Below, piece after piece: positions 8,335 through 17,524 of a DNA stretch of 48,567 bases. The notes beneath the pieces were generated by a model. The model was not told the origin of the DNA. It did not search any database and saw only the letters and a program-made list of their open reading frames with translations. How positions within the stretch are numbered: position 1 is the stretch's first letter; each line of letters begins with the position of its first letter. The position numbers and the translations under genes were made by a program. Source of the DNA: a bacterium (GTDB lineage: Bacteria > Patescibacteriota > Minisyncoccia > Minisyncoccales > UBA10102); contig JAUYMI010000021.1 of NCBI GenBank assembly GCA_030698665.1, forward strand, positions 1 through 48,567, read 5' to 3'.

Positions 8335-8883
8335 ATGAGCAGAGTAGGATCAAAACCAATTGAGATTCCTGCCGGGGTAGAGGTGCAGATCAAGGAGAAC
8401 GGCGTTGCCGTGAAGGGCCCCAAGGGAGAGCTTGAACGCAAGCTCCACGATGAAGTTAGAGTGAGGCAGGAAGATGGGAAGCTGATTTTTGAAGTATCAG
8501 AAAACCCAACAAAGACGGAGCGTTCGCTCTGGGGTTTGGAGCGCTCTCTGGTCGCTAATCTTCTTGAGGGGGTCACGAATGGATTTGAGCGCAGGCTTCA
8601 GATTGAGGGAGTCGGATACCGAGCCGTCGTGGAGGATGGGGGGGATCTCGTCATGCAGTTGGGATTCTCGCATCCCGTCAAGTTGACTCCGCCAGACGGG
8701 GTTCAAGTTGCCGTGGAGAAGAGCACGGTTGTTGTTTCTGGCATTGATAAGCAGAAGGTGACCGGCTTTGCCGCTGAGATAAGAAGAGTCAAGCCGCCAG
8801 AACCCTACAAGGGCAAGGGAATCAGGTATGAAGGAGAGATCGTGCGCCGCAAGCTCGGAAAGCGAGCCGCGGGAGCCGCATAG
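8335..8883 (+). CDS. rplF: 50S ribosomal protein L6
   Basis: MSRVGSKPI, GVGYRA, LGFSHP, PEPYKGKGIRY. Confidence 0.98.
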   Translation: MSRVGSKPIEIPAGVEVQIKENGVAVKGPKGELERKLHDEVRVRQEDGKLIFEVSENPTKTERSLWGLERSLVANLLEGVTNGFERRLQIEGVGYRAVVEDGGDLVMQLGFSHPVKLTPPDGVQVAVEKSTVVVSGIDKQKVTGFAAEIRRVKPPEPYKGKGIRYEGEIVRRKLGKRAAGAA

Positions 8884-8889
8884 AATGAT

Positions 8890-9243
8890 ATGGGAAAGAT
8901 ACTGAAACAAGAACAGAAGGAAAGGAGGAGCTCAAGGGTGCGCTCTCGCGTACAGGGGACTCATGAACGCCCCCGTCTCTCGGTTTTCCGTTCCAATAAA
9001 CACATCTCTCTTCAGCTCATTGACGACGCCACGGGAAAGACCATTGTCTCAGTCAAGGATAGTGAGCTTGGAGCTTCAGTGCGTCTTGGTCAGGAAACCT
9101 CCCGCAAGCTTGGACAACTGATTGCCGAAAAGGCAAAAAAGGCGAAGATAGAGCAGGCAGTGTTTGATCGGGGACCCTATCGTTATCACGGAAACGTCAA
9201 GGCGGTAGCCGAGGGAGCGAGAGAAGGAGGATTGAAACTCTAG
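8890..9243 (+). CDS. rplR: 50S ribosomal protein L18
   Basis: RPRLSVFRSNKH, VFDRGPYRYHG, AREGGLKL. Confidence 0.98.
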   Translation: MGKILKQEQKERRSSRVRSRVQGTHERPRLSVFRSNKHISLQLIDDATGKTIVSVKDSELGASVRLGQETSRKLGQLIAEKAKKAKIEQAVFDRGPYRYHGNVKAVAEGAREGGLKL

Positions 9244-9247
9244 AACC

Positions 9248-9757
9248 ATGGAACGAAGAGGACCACAACAGCAACGAGACCAACGGGGAGATCGCAGGCC
9301 CAGAAGGCCCAGGGAAGAAAAGGAGTTTGACTCAAAGCTCTTGGATTTGGCGCGCGTCACGAGAGTCACTGGGGGTGGACGAAAGTTCCGTTTCCGCGCG
9401 ACCATTGTTATCGGAGACAAGAAGGGGAGAGTCGGAGTCGGCGTGGCTAAGGGATTGGACGTGGCGCAGGCCGTAGCTAAGGCCTCAAAGCAGGCAGAGA
9501 AGGCGCTGATCACCGTTCCCATGGTGGACGGCACCATCCCTCATGAGGTGTCAGCGAAGTTTGGAGCTTCCAAGGTGCTCTTGCGTCCCCAGGAGAAGGG
9601 TAGGGGATTGGTTGCCGGGGGAGCGGTACGCGTCATCTGCGAGAAGGCGGGGATTCATGACATCTCAGCAAAGTTCACAAGCCGTACGAGCAACCAGCTC
9701 AACAATGCCATGGCGACAATTCACGCACTGTCGAAACTTCAGAAACCAAAACCATGA
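9248..9757 (+). CDS. rpsE: 30S ribosomal protein S5
   Basis: RVTRVTGGGRKFRF, GTIPHEV, GLVAGGAVR. Confidence 0.98.
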   Translation: MERRGPQQQRDQRGDRRPRRPREEKEFDSKLLDLARVTRVTGGGRKFRFRATIVIGDKKGRVGVGVAKGLDVAQAVAKASKQAEKALITVPMVDGTIPHEVSAKFGASKVLLRPQEKGRGLVAGGAVRVICEKAGIHDISAKFTSRTSNQLNNAMATIHALSKLQKPKP

Positions 9758-10173
9758 GAGCACACGAACTCCGTCCACAGCACGCAAAGAAATCCTCAAA
9801 GAGGATTGGCCGAGGAGGCAAGCGCGGCACGTATTCGGGACGTGGCATGAAGGGACAAAAGTCCAGGTCCGGCGCCAGGTTTCAGCCGCTGGTCAGGGAG
9901 TCAATCAAGCGGTATCATAAGCTCAGAGGATACCGGGCAAGATCGGGTTCTACTCTTCCGTCTTTCAATCTTGGCGTCCTAGAGAAGAACTTTCAGGCCG
10001 GGGAGACGGTGAGTCCAGCTGAGCTGGTAAAGCGGGGTTTGGCGCCCAGGGGTGCAAAACTCGTGAAGCTTTTGGGATCAGGAGAACTCACCAAGGCGCT
10101 CACGGTTGAGGGGTGCGGGTGTTCAGCTACCGCAAAAGCTGCAATTGAGAAGGCAGGAGGATCGGTGAAATGA
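9754..10173 (+). CDS. rplO: 50S ribosomal protein L15
   Basis: KRIGRGGKRGTYSGRGMKGQKSRSG; AIEKAGG. Confidence 0.97.
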   Translation: MRAHELRPQHAKKSSKRIGRGGKRGTYSGRGMKGQKSRSGARFQPLVRESIKRYHKLRGYRARSGSTLPSFNLGVLEKNFQAGETVSPAELVKRGLAPRGAKLVKLLGSGELTKALTVEGCGCSATAKAAIEKAGGSVK

Positions 10174-11450
10174 ATTTCTTAAACTTTGCTTCAAAAATCT
10201 GGAAACTGAAGGAGCTCCGGATAAAGGTGCTCTTTGTCTTGGCGGTGTTCGCTCTGTTCCGCATTATGGCGAACATCCCCATTCCGGAGGTTGATGCTGA
10301 GCGCCTGAGACAGTTTTTCTCGGGCAATCAGCTCTTCGGCCTCCTCAATGTCTTTACGGGAGGGGCCTTGGACAGTTTGTCCATCGTCATGCTCGGGGTG
10401 GGGCCGTACATCACCGCCACTATTATCATGCAGCTTTCAACTATGATCTTTCCTCCCTTAGAGCGCCTGTACAAGGAGGAGGGAGAGCAGGGGAGAGCCA
10501 AGTTCAACCAGTACGGACGCCTCCTGACCATTCCCTTCGCTCTCCTGCAGGGATACGGCTTCCTCACTCTCCTGTCTCGAGAGGGAGCTGTCTCCATGGT
10601 TTCTCCTCTGAGTTGGCTGGTTGCCCTCTCAACCATCACGGCCGGCACCGTCCTGCTCATGTGGTTGGGTGAGCTGATTACGGAGAAGGGGATCGGGAAC
10701 GGCGTTTCCCTCTTGATCTTTGCCGGTATAGTTGCCTCCCTCCCGAGCTCTCTCGGCCAGCTTTTCTTCGGATGGGACCTCACAAGGCTCCTGCCGTACA
10801 CGGCGTTCTTTCTCATGGCAGTTGCCATCATAGCCGGAGTGGTCTTCATCACAGAGGCGAGGCGCAACATTCCCGTTTCCTACGCCAAGCGCGTGCGGGG
10901 CAACAAGCTCTATGGAGGAGCCTCCACCTATCTGCCTTTGTCCGTGAACCCAGCTGGCGTCATTCCTATTATTTTTGCCCTGTCCATTCTGCTCTTTCCG
11001 GGCATGATCGCCTCCTTTTTTGCCGGCGCTTCAGGAGTCCTGGGAACTGTGATGTCTGCCGTTCAGGGATTCTTTGCTAACCCTTGGGCATACGGGATCT
11101 CGTACTTCCTGCTCGTCGGGCTCTTCACCTATTTTTACACCGCGGTGACCTTTGACCCCAAGGCGATTTCCTCCAATCTCCAAAAATCGGGGGGTTTCAT
11201 TCCTGGAGTTCGGCCAGGGGAGTCAACGGCAAACTTTCTCTACTTTATCTTGAACCGGGTCCTGCTCATTGGGGCCTTGTTCCTGGGAGTGGTTGCTGTA
11301 CTTCCTTCAATCGTGCAGGGTCTCACCGGCGTTCAGGCGCTGGACTTCCTGGTCGGGGGAACCGCCCTCCTCATCTTGGTCTCAGTTGCCCTAGACACCA
11401 TGCGTCAGATCAGATCTCAAGTGCAGATGCGGGAATATGACACTCTTTGA
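10170..11450 (+). CDS. secY: Preprotein translocase subunit SecY
   Basis: LGVGPYITATII, WLGELITEKGIGNGVSLLIF, AGVIPIIFA, GGFIPGVRPG. Confidence 0.98.
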   Translation: MNFLNFASKIWKLKELRIKVLFVLAVFALFRIMANIPIPEVDAERLRQFFSGNQLFGLLNVFTGGALDSLSIVMLGVGPYITATIIMQLSTMIFPPLERLYKEEGEQGRAKFNQYGRLLTIPFALLQGYGFLTLLSREGAVSMVSPLSWLVALSTITAGTVLLMWLGELITEKGIGNGVSLLIFAGIVASLPSSLGQLFFGWDLTRLLPYTAFFLMAVAIIAGVVFITEARRNIPVSYAKRVRGNKLYGGASTYLPLSVNPAGVIPIIFALSILLFPGMIASFFAGASGVLGTVMSAVQGFFANPWAYGISYFLLVGLFTYFYTAVTFDPKAISSNLQKSGGFIPGVRPGESTANFLYFILNRVLLIGALFLGVVAVLPSIVQGLTGVQALDFLVGGTALLILVSVALDTMRQIRSQVQMREYDTL

Positions 11451-12030
11451 GGATAAACGCCCCGCCTTTTTCATTCTTCTCGGGCGTTCGGGTTCTGGAA
11501 AAGGAACGCAGGCTAATCTATTGGAAGAGAAGTTTGGCTTGGCTCACATTAGTTCTGGGGCCTTGCTACGGGAGCGCACGAAGACGGACGACTTTGTCGG
11601 CAGGAAGCTCCACTCCATTATGGACAGAGGGGATCTGGTTCCAACGCCTATGGTCTTCCAGCTCTGGATGTCGGCCCTAGAGCGTCTTCACGAACAACAG
11701 GACCTCAAGGGCGTCTTGCTTGATGGCTCTCCACGCAAGCTCTACGAGGCCCATATGCTAGATGAAGCGCTGGCCTTTTACGGATGGGACAAGAACCTCG
11801 TGGTCCTCAACATTGATATCTCGCCTGGCGAGTCAATGGAGCGCCTTCTCAAACGCGGAAGGCACGACGACGACCGAGATGATATTCAGCGCAGACTTGA
11901 TATCTTTGAGGAAGATGTTATTCCCGCCCTGAATTTCTATCGGGCAAAGGGGGTAGTGGTGGATATCAACGGGGAGCAGTCCGTTGAGGACGTTCATCAA
12001 GAGATTCTGTCTAAGCTCGGCGTTGCATGA
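11437..12030 (+). CDS. adk: Adenylate kinase (short form, no LID insertion)
   Basis: GRSGSGKGTQA P-loop, GDLVP, LLDGSPR, RGRHDD; position after secY. Confidence 0.93.
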   Translation: MTLFEDKRPAFFILLGRSGSGKGTQANLLEEKFGLAHISSGALLRERTKTDDFVGRKLHSIMDRGDLVPTPMVFQLWMSALERLHEQQDLKGVLLDGSPRKLYEAHMLDEALAFYGWDKNLVVLNIDISPGESMERLLKRGRHDDDRDDIQRRLDIFEEDVIPALNFYRAKGVVVDINGEQSVEDVHQEILSKLGVA

Positions 12031-12779
12031 TCAAGACGAAAGAAGAGATTCTGGCCATGCGGGAGGGCGGCAGGATGTTGGCTGACATTCTGTCTTTGCT
12101 TTTAGCTCAGGTTCGCCCTGGGATCATGACCAAGGAACTGGACAGAGCGGCTGAGTCGCTGATTCTCAAGGCAGGGGCTAAGTCGGCGTTCAAGGGATAC
12201 GAAGGATTCCCTGCAACCTTGTGCACTTGTGTGAACGAGGAGTTCGTGCACGCGGTTCCCTCAGACCGGGTTCTCAAAGAAGGAGACATCGTCACCCTGG
12301 ATATCGGCCTCATCTTCAAAGATATGTATCTGGATATGGCACGCACGGTTCCCGTGGGCGAGGTGTCCAGAGAGGCGCGGCGTCTCATCCGCGTCACCAA
12401 AAAGGCGGGGAAGCTTGCCCTCAAAAAGATTCGGCCCGGTGGCACGCTGGGAGATATCGGGAACACGATTGAGCGCCTGGCCAAGGATCAGGGGTATGGG
12501 ATAGCCCAGGGCTTGTGCGGGCACGGCATCGGAAGAGAACTGCACGAGGAACCAAAGGTGTTCAACGAAGGCAAGCGGCACGCGGGACTCAAGCTGAAGG
12601 AGGGCATGGTGATCTGCGTTGAGCCCATGTTCGCTGAGGGATCCGGGGAGTTAGAAAAGATGGAGGACGGGAGCGGGTTCAAGACGAAGGACGGCTCCCT
12701 CTCGGCTCACTTTGAAGACACGATTGCCGTGACCGCAGATGGATGCGAGGTGCTCACGAGAATCAGAAGCGGGGAGTAG
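12027..12779 (+). CDS. map: Methionine aminopeptidase type I
   Basis: GDIVTLDIG, DMARTV, GHGIG..LHEEP, EPM, SAHFEDT. Confidence 0.97.
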   Translation: MIKTKEEILAMREGGRMLADILSLLLAQVRPGIMTKELDRAAESLILKAGAKSAFKGYEGFPATLCTCVNEEFVHAVPSDRVLKEGDIVTLDIGLIFKDMYLDMARTVPVGEVSREARRLIRVTKKAGKLALKKIRPGGTLGDIGNTIERLAKDQGYGIAQGLCGHGIGRELHEEPKVFNEGKRHAGLKLKEGMVICVEPMFAEGSGELEKMEDGSGFKTKDGSLSAHFEDTIAVTADGCEVLTRIRSGE

Positions 12780-12790
12780 CCCCGTTTTTT
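12769..12790 (+). terminator. Intrinsic terminator ending the rplC-map transcript
   Basis: GCGGGG-agtag-CCCCGT followed by T run. Confidence 0.65.
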
Positions 12791-12814
12791 GATTCTTGGT
12801 ATACTGGTTCTTGT

Positions 12815-13525
12815 ATGATTCGTCTCTCTGTCATCATTCCCGCGTACAACGAGGAAAAGCGCTTGCCCGGAACCCTTCAAGAGGTGGGAGGGTATCTGGC
12901 CGGGCAGTTGTATGAATCTGAGATCATTGTGGTTTCAGACGGGTCAAAGGACGGAACAGCGGAGGCCGCAAAGAAGGCAGGAGTCATGGTCATAGACAGG
13001 AAGGAAAATCGGGGGAAGGGATACTCGGTGAGAGAGGGAATGCTTGCCTCGTCAGGGGAGATACGATTGTTCATGGACGCTGACAACGCGACCAGTGTGG
13101 ATCACATTGAAAAAATGTTTCCTGAGTTTGAGAAGGGAGCTGGTGTTGTGATTGGCTCGCGCGATATTGCGGGAGCGGTCATTGCGGTTCCTCAATTCTG
13201 GCTCAGGAGGCGGCTTGGGGATGTCTTTAACCTCATTGTGCAGGTGGTCTCCGGGCTCTGGGGCATCTGGGACACCCAGTGCGGCTTTAAGGCCTTTTCG
13301 GCCAAAGCAGCCAAGGATATTTTTCCTTCAGTGAGAATTGATAGGTGGGCATTTGACGTGGAGCTTCTCGTGCTGGCTGGCAAGCGCGGCTACGGCATCA
13401 AACAGGTTCCGGTGAGATGGGTGAATGATCCTGACAGCAAGGTCAAGTTTTCCGGGATGGTCCGTATGCTCCTTGAGGTATTTCAGATAAGACTCAATAT
13501 GATTCTTGGGGTATATGACAGATAA
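12815..13525 (+). CDS. GT2 glycosyltransferase (dolichyl-phosphate beta-glucosyltransferase-like)
   Basis: LSVIIPAYNEE, DGSKDGT, NRGKG, FMDAD, DTQCGFK, WAFDVE. Confidence 0.9.
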   Translation: MIRLSVIIPAYNEEKRLPGTLQEVGGYLAGQLYESEIIVVSDGSKDGTAEAAKKAGVMVIDRKENRGKGYSVREGMLASSGEIRLFMDADNATSVDHIEKMFPEFEKGAGVVIGSRDIAGAVIAVPQFWLRRRLGDVFNLIVQVVSGLWGIWDTQCGFKAFSAKAAKDIFPSVRIDRWAFDVELLVLAGKRGYGIKQVPVRWVNDPDSKVKFSGMVRMLLEVFQIRLNMILGVYDR

Positions 13526-14543
13526 AGAGAAAAAGCACTCCGAGCTGCGACTGGACCTGGTTTCCAAGGACTGGGTTGTCATTGCAACATCCAGGGCAAG
13601 AGGAAAGAGGCCTTTTGAAGAAAGGCGCATTCCTCTGGATGACTCATTGGAGAAGTGCCCGTTTGAAACTATGGCAAAGCAGGAGTCCCCGACGCTTGCC
13701 TATCTGCACGGAGAGCAGGTGATGCTCCCTCAGAGCGGTTCTTCCCCAAAGGACTGGACCACAATCTCCATTCCTAACAAGTATCCTGCTTTCTTTCCGC
13801 AAAAAGCCCTCAAGACCAAGCTCGTGGGGCCGTACTCTGTCATGCAGGGGGTTGGATACCACGAGGTCATTGTCACGCGCCATCACAGAAAGGAGATCCC
13901 GGATCTCCCGCTCCCGCTAGTGAAAGAGCTCTTTGATTTGTATCAAAAGCGCTACCTTGAGGTGATGAATGTGGAGCTCATCAATCACATAGCCATTTTC
14001 AAGAACAAGGGTTTCTATGCAGGAGCCTCCTTGTTTCACCCTCACTCCCAACTCATCGCCAATCCCGTGCTGGATCCCGACCTGAGGCGCAGTCTGAATG
14101 GTTCGGCTTCATACTATGCAGAGCACGCGACGTGCGCCCACTGCGTGATGCTGGAGTGGGACCTGAAAGACAAAAAGCGGGTTGTCTTTGAAAATGAGCG
14201 CATGGCAGTGATCTGTCCCTTTGCTCCCCGCGGCATCTTTGAGATGCGCATTATTCCCAAAGAGCACTCAGCATACTTTGAGTGGATCACGGAAGAGGAA
14301 AAGGTGGCGCTGGCTGAGGCCTTCCAGGTTGCCCTGAGAAAGCTCAAAAAGGCGATGCGAGATCCTGACTACAACTACTTTTTGCACACGGCCCCGGCTG
14401 ACCGCCAGAAGTACGACCACTATCACTGGCACTGGGAGATTTTGCCAAAGACGATGAACTGGGGAGGGTTTGAAGTCGGAACCGGGATTCAAATATCAAC
14501 CATAGCGCCAGAAGAAGCAGCCGGAATTCTGCGTAAGAGCTGA
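13515..14543 (+). CDS. galT: Galactose-1-phosphate uridylyltransferase-like (GalT/HIT family)
   Basis: SELRLDLVSKDWVVIA, CPF, PNKYPA, GYHEVI, AGASLFHPHSQ, HWHWEI. Confidence 0.85.
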   Translation: MTDKEKKHSELRLDLVSKDWVVIATSRARGKRPFEERRIPLDDSLEKCPFETMAKQESPTLAYLHGEQVMLPQSGSSPKDWTTISIPNKYPAFFPQKALKTKLVGPYSVMQGVGYHEVIVTRHHRKEIPDLPLPLVKELFDLYQKRYLEVMNVELINHIAIFKNKGFYAGASLFHPHSQLIANPVLDPDLRRSLNGSASYYAEHATCAHCVMLEWDLKDKKRVVFENERMAVICPFAPRGIFEMRIIPKEHSAYFEWITEEEKVALAEAFQVALRKLKKAMRDPDYNYFLHTAPADRQKYDHYHWHWEILPKTMNWGGFEVGTGIQISTIAPEEAAGILRKS

Positions 14544-14545
14544 GT

Positions 14546-15163
14546 ATGGAAACCATCCTTGCTTATCTGGCAGCGTTCGTCATCTCCGTCATTGAGGCTA
14601 CGGGGTACACTGGCATCTTTATTCTGATGGCTGTCGAGTCAGCGAATATTCCCGTGCCTTCTGAGATCATCATGCCCTTTTCCGGTTTTCTCGTTGTGCG
14701 AGACAACCTGATGTTTTTTTGGGTGGTTGTGGCCGGCGCCCTTGGGAACCTGGCGGGCTCCCTTCTTTCATACTACGCGGCCCTCTGGGGAGGGCGCCCA
14801 TTCCTTGAACGATACGGCCGCTTCTTTTTCCTCTCCGGGACAGAGATTGGGTCAGCAGAACGCTTGTTTGAAAAGTACGGAACGGCAACGGTGTTTTTCT
14901 CCCGTTTGCTGCCGATCGTGCGCACCTTCATTTCATTTCCCGCGGGCTTGGCCCGCATGAACGTCTGGAAGTTTTCCTTGTATACTTTGGCAGGGTCCTT
15001 TCTCTGGAGTCTTCTTCTTACGTACCTCGGCTTTGTCGCGGGGGAGAATTGGGATATGCTGGAGACGTACTTTCGGAAGTTTGACTGGGCCATCGCGATT
15101 GTCTTGGCTGTTGGACTCGCATGGTTTGTGATCCATCGCGTCAAGCAAAGGCGGCATGAGTAA
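14546..15163 (+). CDS. DedA family membrane protein
   Basis: ESANIPVPSEIIMPFSG, FEKYG, RLLPIVRTFISFPAG. Confidence 0.93.
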   Translation: METILAYLAAFVISVIEATGYTGIFILMAVESANIPVPSEIIMPFSGFLVVRDNLMFFWVVVAGALGNLAGSLLSYYAALWGGRPFLERYGRFFFLSGTEIGSAERLFEKYGTATVFFSRLLPIVRTFISFPAGLARMNVWKFSLYTLAGSFLWSLLLTYLGFVAGENWDMLETYFRKFDWAIAIVLAVGLAWFVIHRVKQRRHE

Positions 15164-15896
15164 GAAGTACTACATTGCAAACTGGAAGATGAATCCTGAC
15201 ACCCTCAGGGAAGCCCGGGCGCTGGCTTTGAGCGTGGCCAGGGGAGTGAAGGGGGTGAAAGGGGCTGAGGTCGTCATCTGCCCGTCCTTTGTGTTCCTGG
15301 GTGAGATTGGAGCCGCACCATTCATAAAGATCGGAGCTCAGGACTGCTTTTGGGAAAAGAAGGGGGCCTATACGGGGGAGGTTTCTCCAATCCAGCTCAG
15401 GGCTCTTGGGTGTTCCTACGTTATTCTTGGACACTCAGAACGCAGGCAGTATCTTGGTGAAACGGCAGAGCAGGTGAAAGCGAAGATTCGTATGGCTCTC
15501 GTAGCTGGCCTCAGGCCTGTTGTCTGCGTGGGCGAGGAGAAGAAGGGGAGCCACGTTCAGTTGGGGACTCGGCTCAAGCAATTAATCAAGGGACTGGATA
15601 GGAAGGATGCCCAGCGCCTTCTCGTGGTGTATGAGCCCGTCTGGGCCATCAGCACGACCAAGGGAGGGAGGGAGGCTGAAGCTTCTGATTTGGCAGGCCC
15701 CGTACGGGAGATACGAAGAGTTCTCAGAGCCCTCTTTGGTTCTCGCCCAGTTCCCGTGCTCTACGGGGGGAGCGTTGAGCCAGACAATGTAGCTGATTTC
15801 ATGGGTATTCAGGGTATTGACGGTGTGCTTGTTGGAGGAGCATCGTTGAAAGCTTCCGAGTTCTCGGCTCTTGTCAGAAAGGGGCAGGGCAGGTAG
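15156..15896 (+). CDS. tpiA: Triosephosphate isomerase
   Basis: NWKMN, GAYTGEVS, GHSERR, YEPVWAI, LYGGSV, LVGGASL. Confidence 0.97.
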   Translation: MSKKYYIANWKMNPDTLREARALALSVARGVKGVKGAEVVICPSFVFLGEIGAAPFIKIGAQDCFWEKKGAYTGEVSPIQLRALGCSYVILGHSERRQYLGETAEQVKAKIRMALVAGLRPVVCVGEEKKGSHVQLGTRLKQLIKGLDRKDAQRLLVVYEPVWAISTTKGGREAEASDLAGPVREIRRVLRALFGSRPVPVLYGGSVEPDNVADFMGIQGIDGVLVGGASLKASEFSALVRKGQGR

Positions 15897-15906
15897 GATA
15901 TGCCGT

Positions 15907-16407
15907 ATGGAAACAATCTTTGCTGGCACGTTCTACAACCCCACAAAGGGGGTCATGAGTTTTACAAAAGCAATTGACGAGATGGTCAGCTATATGCGAG
16001 AGGACCCCGAGAAAGCATATGAGGTCATCGTGGGCTGCGACTCTTCTGCCACAGCAGAGCCCACTTTTCCTTTGGTCATGGTTGTCTTGAGGAGAGGAGA
16101 GGGCGGGCGCTTCTTTCTCCAACGGGTCAGATATCCTGAGGGGCGCAAATTCTACAACCTGCATGACAGAATTCTCCAGGAGGTTCTCCTTTCGTGCGAA
16201 CTCGCCCTTGAGCTGAGGAGCGTTCTGCAAAAGCCCGCAGAGGGTCTCAAGTATGAGTTTGAGTACATCCATGCTGATATAGGCCAGCACGGGAAGACCA
16301 AAGACATGATCCGCGAAGTGACAGGACTCATCCGGGGGAACGGATTTGAGCCGAGAATCAAGCCTGAGTCCTTTGCCGCTTCCTCGGTAGCTGACAGGTT
16401 CTCGTGA
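15907..16407 (+). CDS. RNase H-like YkuK (DUF458) family protein
   Basis: VIVGCDS, RILQEVLLS, IHADIG..GKT, IKPESFAASSVAD. Confidence 0.85.
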   Translation: METIFAGTFYNPTKGVMSFTKAIDEMVSYMREDPEKAYEVIVGCDSSATAEPTFPLVMVVLRRGEGGRFFLQRVRYPEGRKFYNLHDRILQEVLLSCELALELRSVLQKPAEGLKYEFEYIHADIGQHGKTKDMIREVTGLIRGNGFEPRIKPESFAASSVADRFS

Positions 16408-16464
16408 GATAGGCTCTGGCTGTTGGTGCCTTGCAAAAATGCCAAACTATGGCATAACATTGAT

Positions 16465-17481
16465 ATGAACAAGAGAGTGGTTGTTGCATTGTCCGGCGGG
16501 GTTGATTCTTCCGTCGCCTCGGCTCTCCTGAAAAAGGAGGGCTTTGAGGTCATTGGCGTTCATCTCAGGTGCTGGACCGAAGGGGATCACTGTACGTCTG
16601 TCGAAGACGAGCGCATGGCAAGGGCCGTGGCCTCGCATCTCGGCATTCCCTTTTATGTTCTGGACCTGGTGGATGAGTACCAAGAGAGAGTCATCTCGTA
16701 CCTTATTGAGGGGTATGAGAAGGGAGAGACCCCGAATCCTGACGTTATGTGCAACAGGGAGATTAAGTTCGGGCTCCTCTTTGAGAAGGCCATGGATTTG
16801 GGCGCTGAGTATCTTGCCACCGGGCACTATGCCAGGATACGGAATGGGAGGATTGCGGAAGCCGCAGACCGCAACAAAGACCAGTCATACTTTCTTGCCC
16901 GCGTTTCTCCCCGTGTGCTCGCGCGCGTGCTCTTTCCTCTTGGAGAGTACACAAAACCCCAGGTGAGGAAACTGGCAAAGAAGTTTGGGCTCCCAACGGC
17001 CGAACGCCCCGACAGCCAGGGCCTGTGCTTCATTGGCAAGCTGGATTTTGAAGAGTTTTTAAAGAGCCGGATTCCAGCAAAGAAAGGCAGGATTATTGAC
17101 ACTAAGGGGAAGCTTTTGGGAACTCACCAGGGGGCGTTCGCCTACACCATTGGGCAGAGAAGAGGAATCGGGCTTTCCGGGGGTCCTTGGTTCGTCGTGG
17201 CAAAGGACGTGAGAAAGAACCTCCTTGTCGTGAGCCGGGACGAGAAAGATTTGGAAACGAGCGAGAGCGAGATACGGGATATTCAGTGGTTCTCTCAAGC
17301 CTTAGGGGAGCTGAGAGTGAAGGTTCGCTACCGCCAGCCGGGGGTGCGAGCAAGGTTCGTGGGGGGAATGGAGGGTTCGGGAAAACTTGTTTTTGCTTCA
17401 GCTCAGCGGGCCGTCGCGTCGGGGCAGATTGCGGCCATGTACTCTGATGAAGAACTCGTGGGAGCGGGGGTCTTTGTGTAA
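16465..17481 (+). CDS. mnmA: tRNA 2-thiouridylase MnmA
   Basis: SGGVDSS, TPNPDVMCNREIKF, ATGHYA, KDQSYFL, DSQGLC, TIGQRRG. Confidence 0.96.
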   Translation: MNKRVVVALSGGVDSSVASALLKKEGFEVIGVHLRCWTEGDHCTSVEDERMARAVASHLGIPFYVLDLVDEYQERVISYLIEGYEKGETPNPDVMCNREIKFGLLFEKAMDLGAEYLATGHYARIRNGRIAEAADRNKDQSYFLARVSPRVLARVLFPLGEYTKPQVRKLAKKFGLPTAERPDSQGLCFIGKLDFEEFLKSRIPAKKGRIIDTKGKLLGTHQGAFAYTIGQRRGIGLSGGPWFVVAKDVRKNLLVVSRDEKDLETSESEIRDIQWFSQALGELRVKVRYRQPGVRARFVGGMEGSGKLVFASAQRAVASGQIAAMYSDEELVGAGVFV

Positions 17482-17524
17482 TCCGGCTTTTTGAGAATCT
17501 CTTTTTCTGATATACTTTCCTCAT

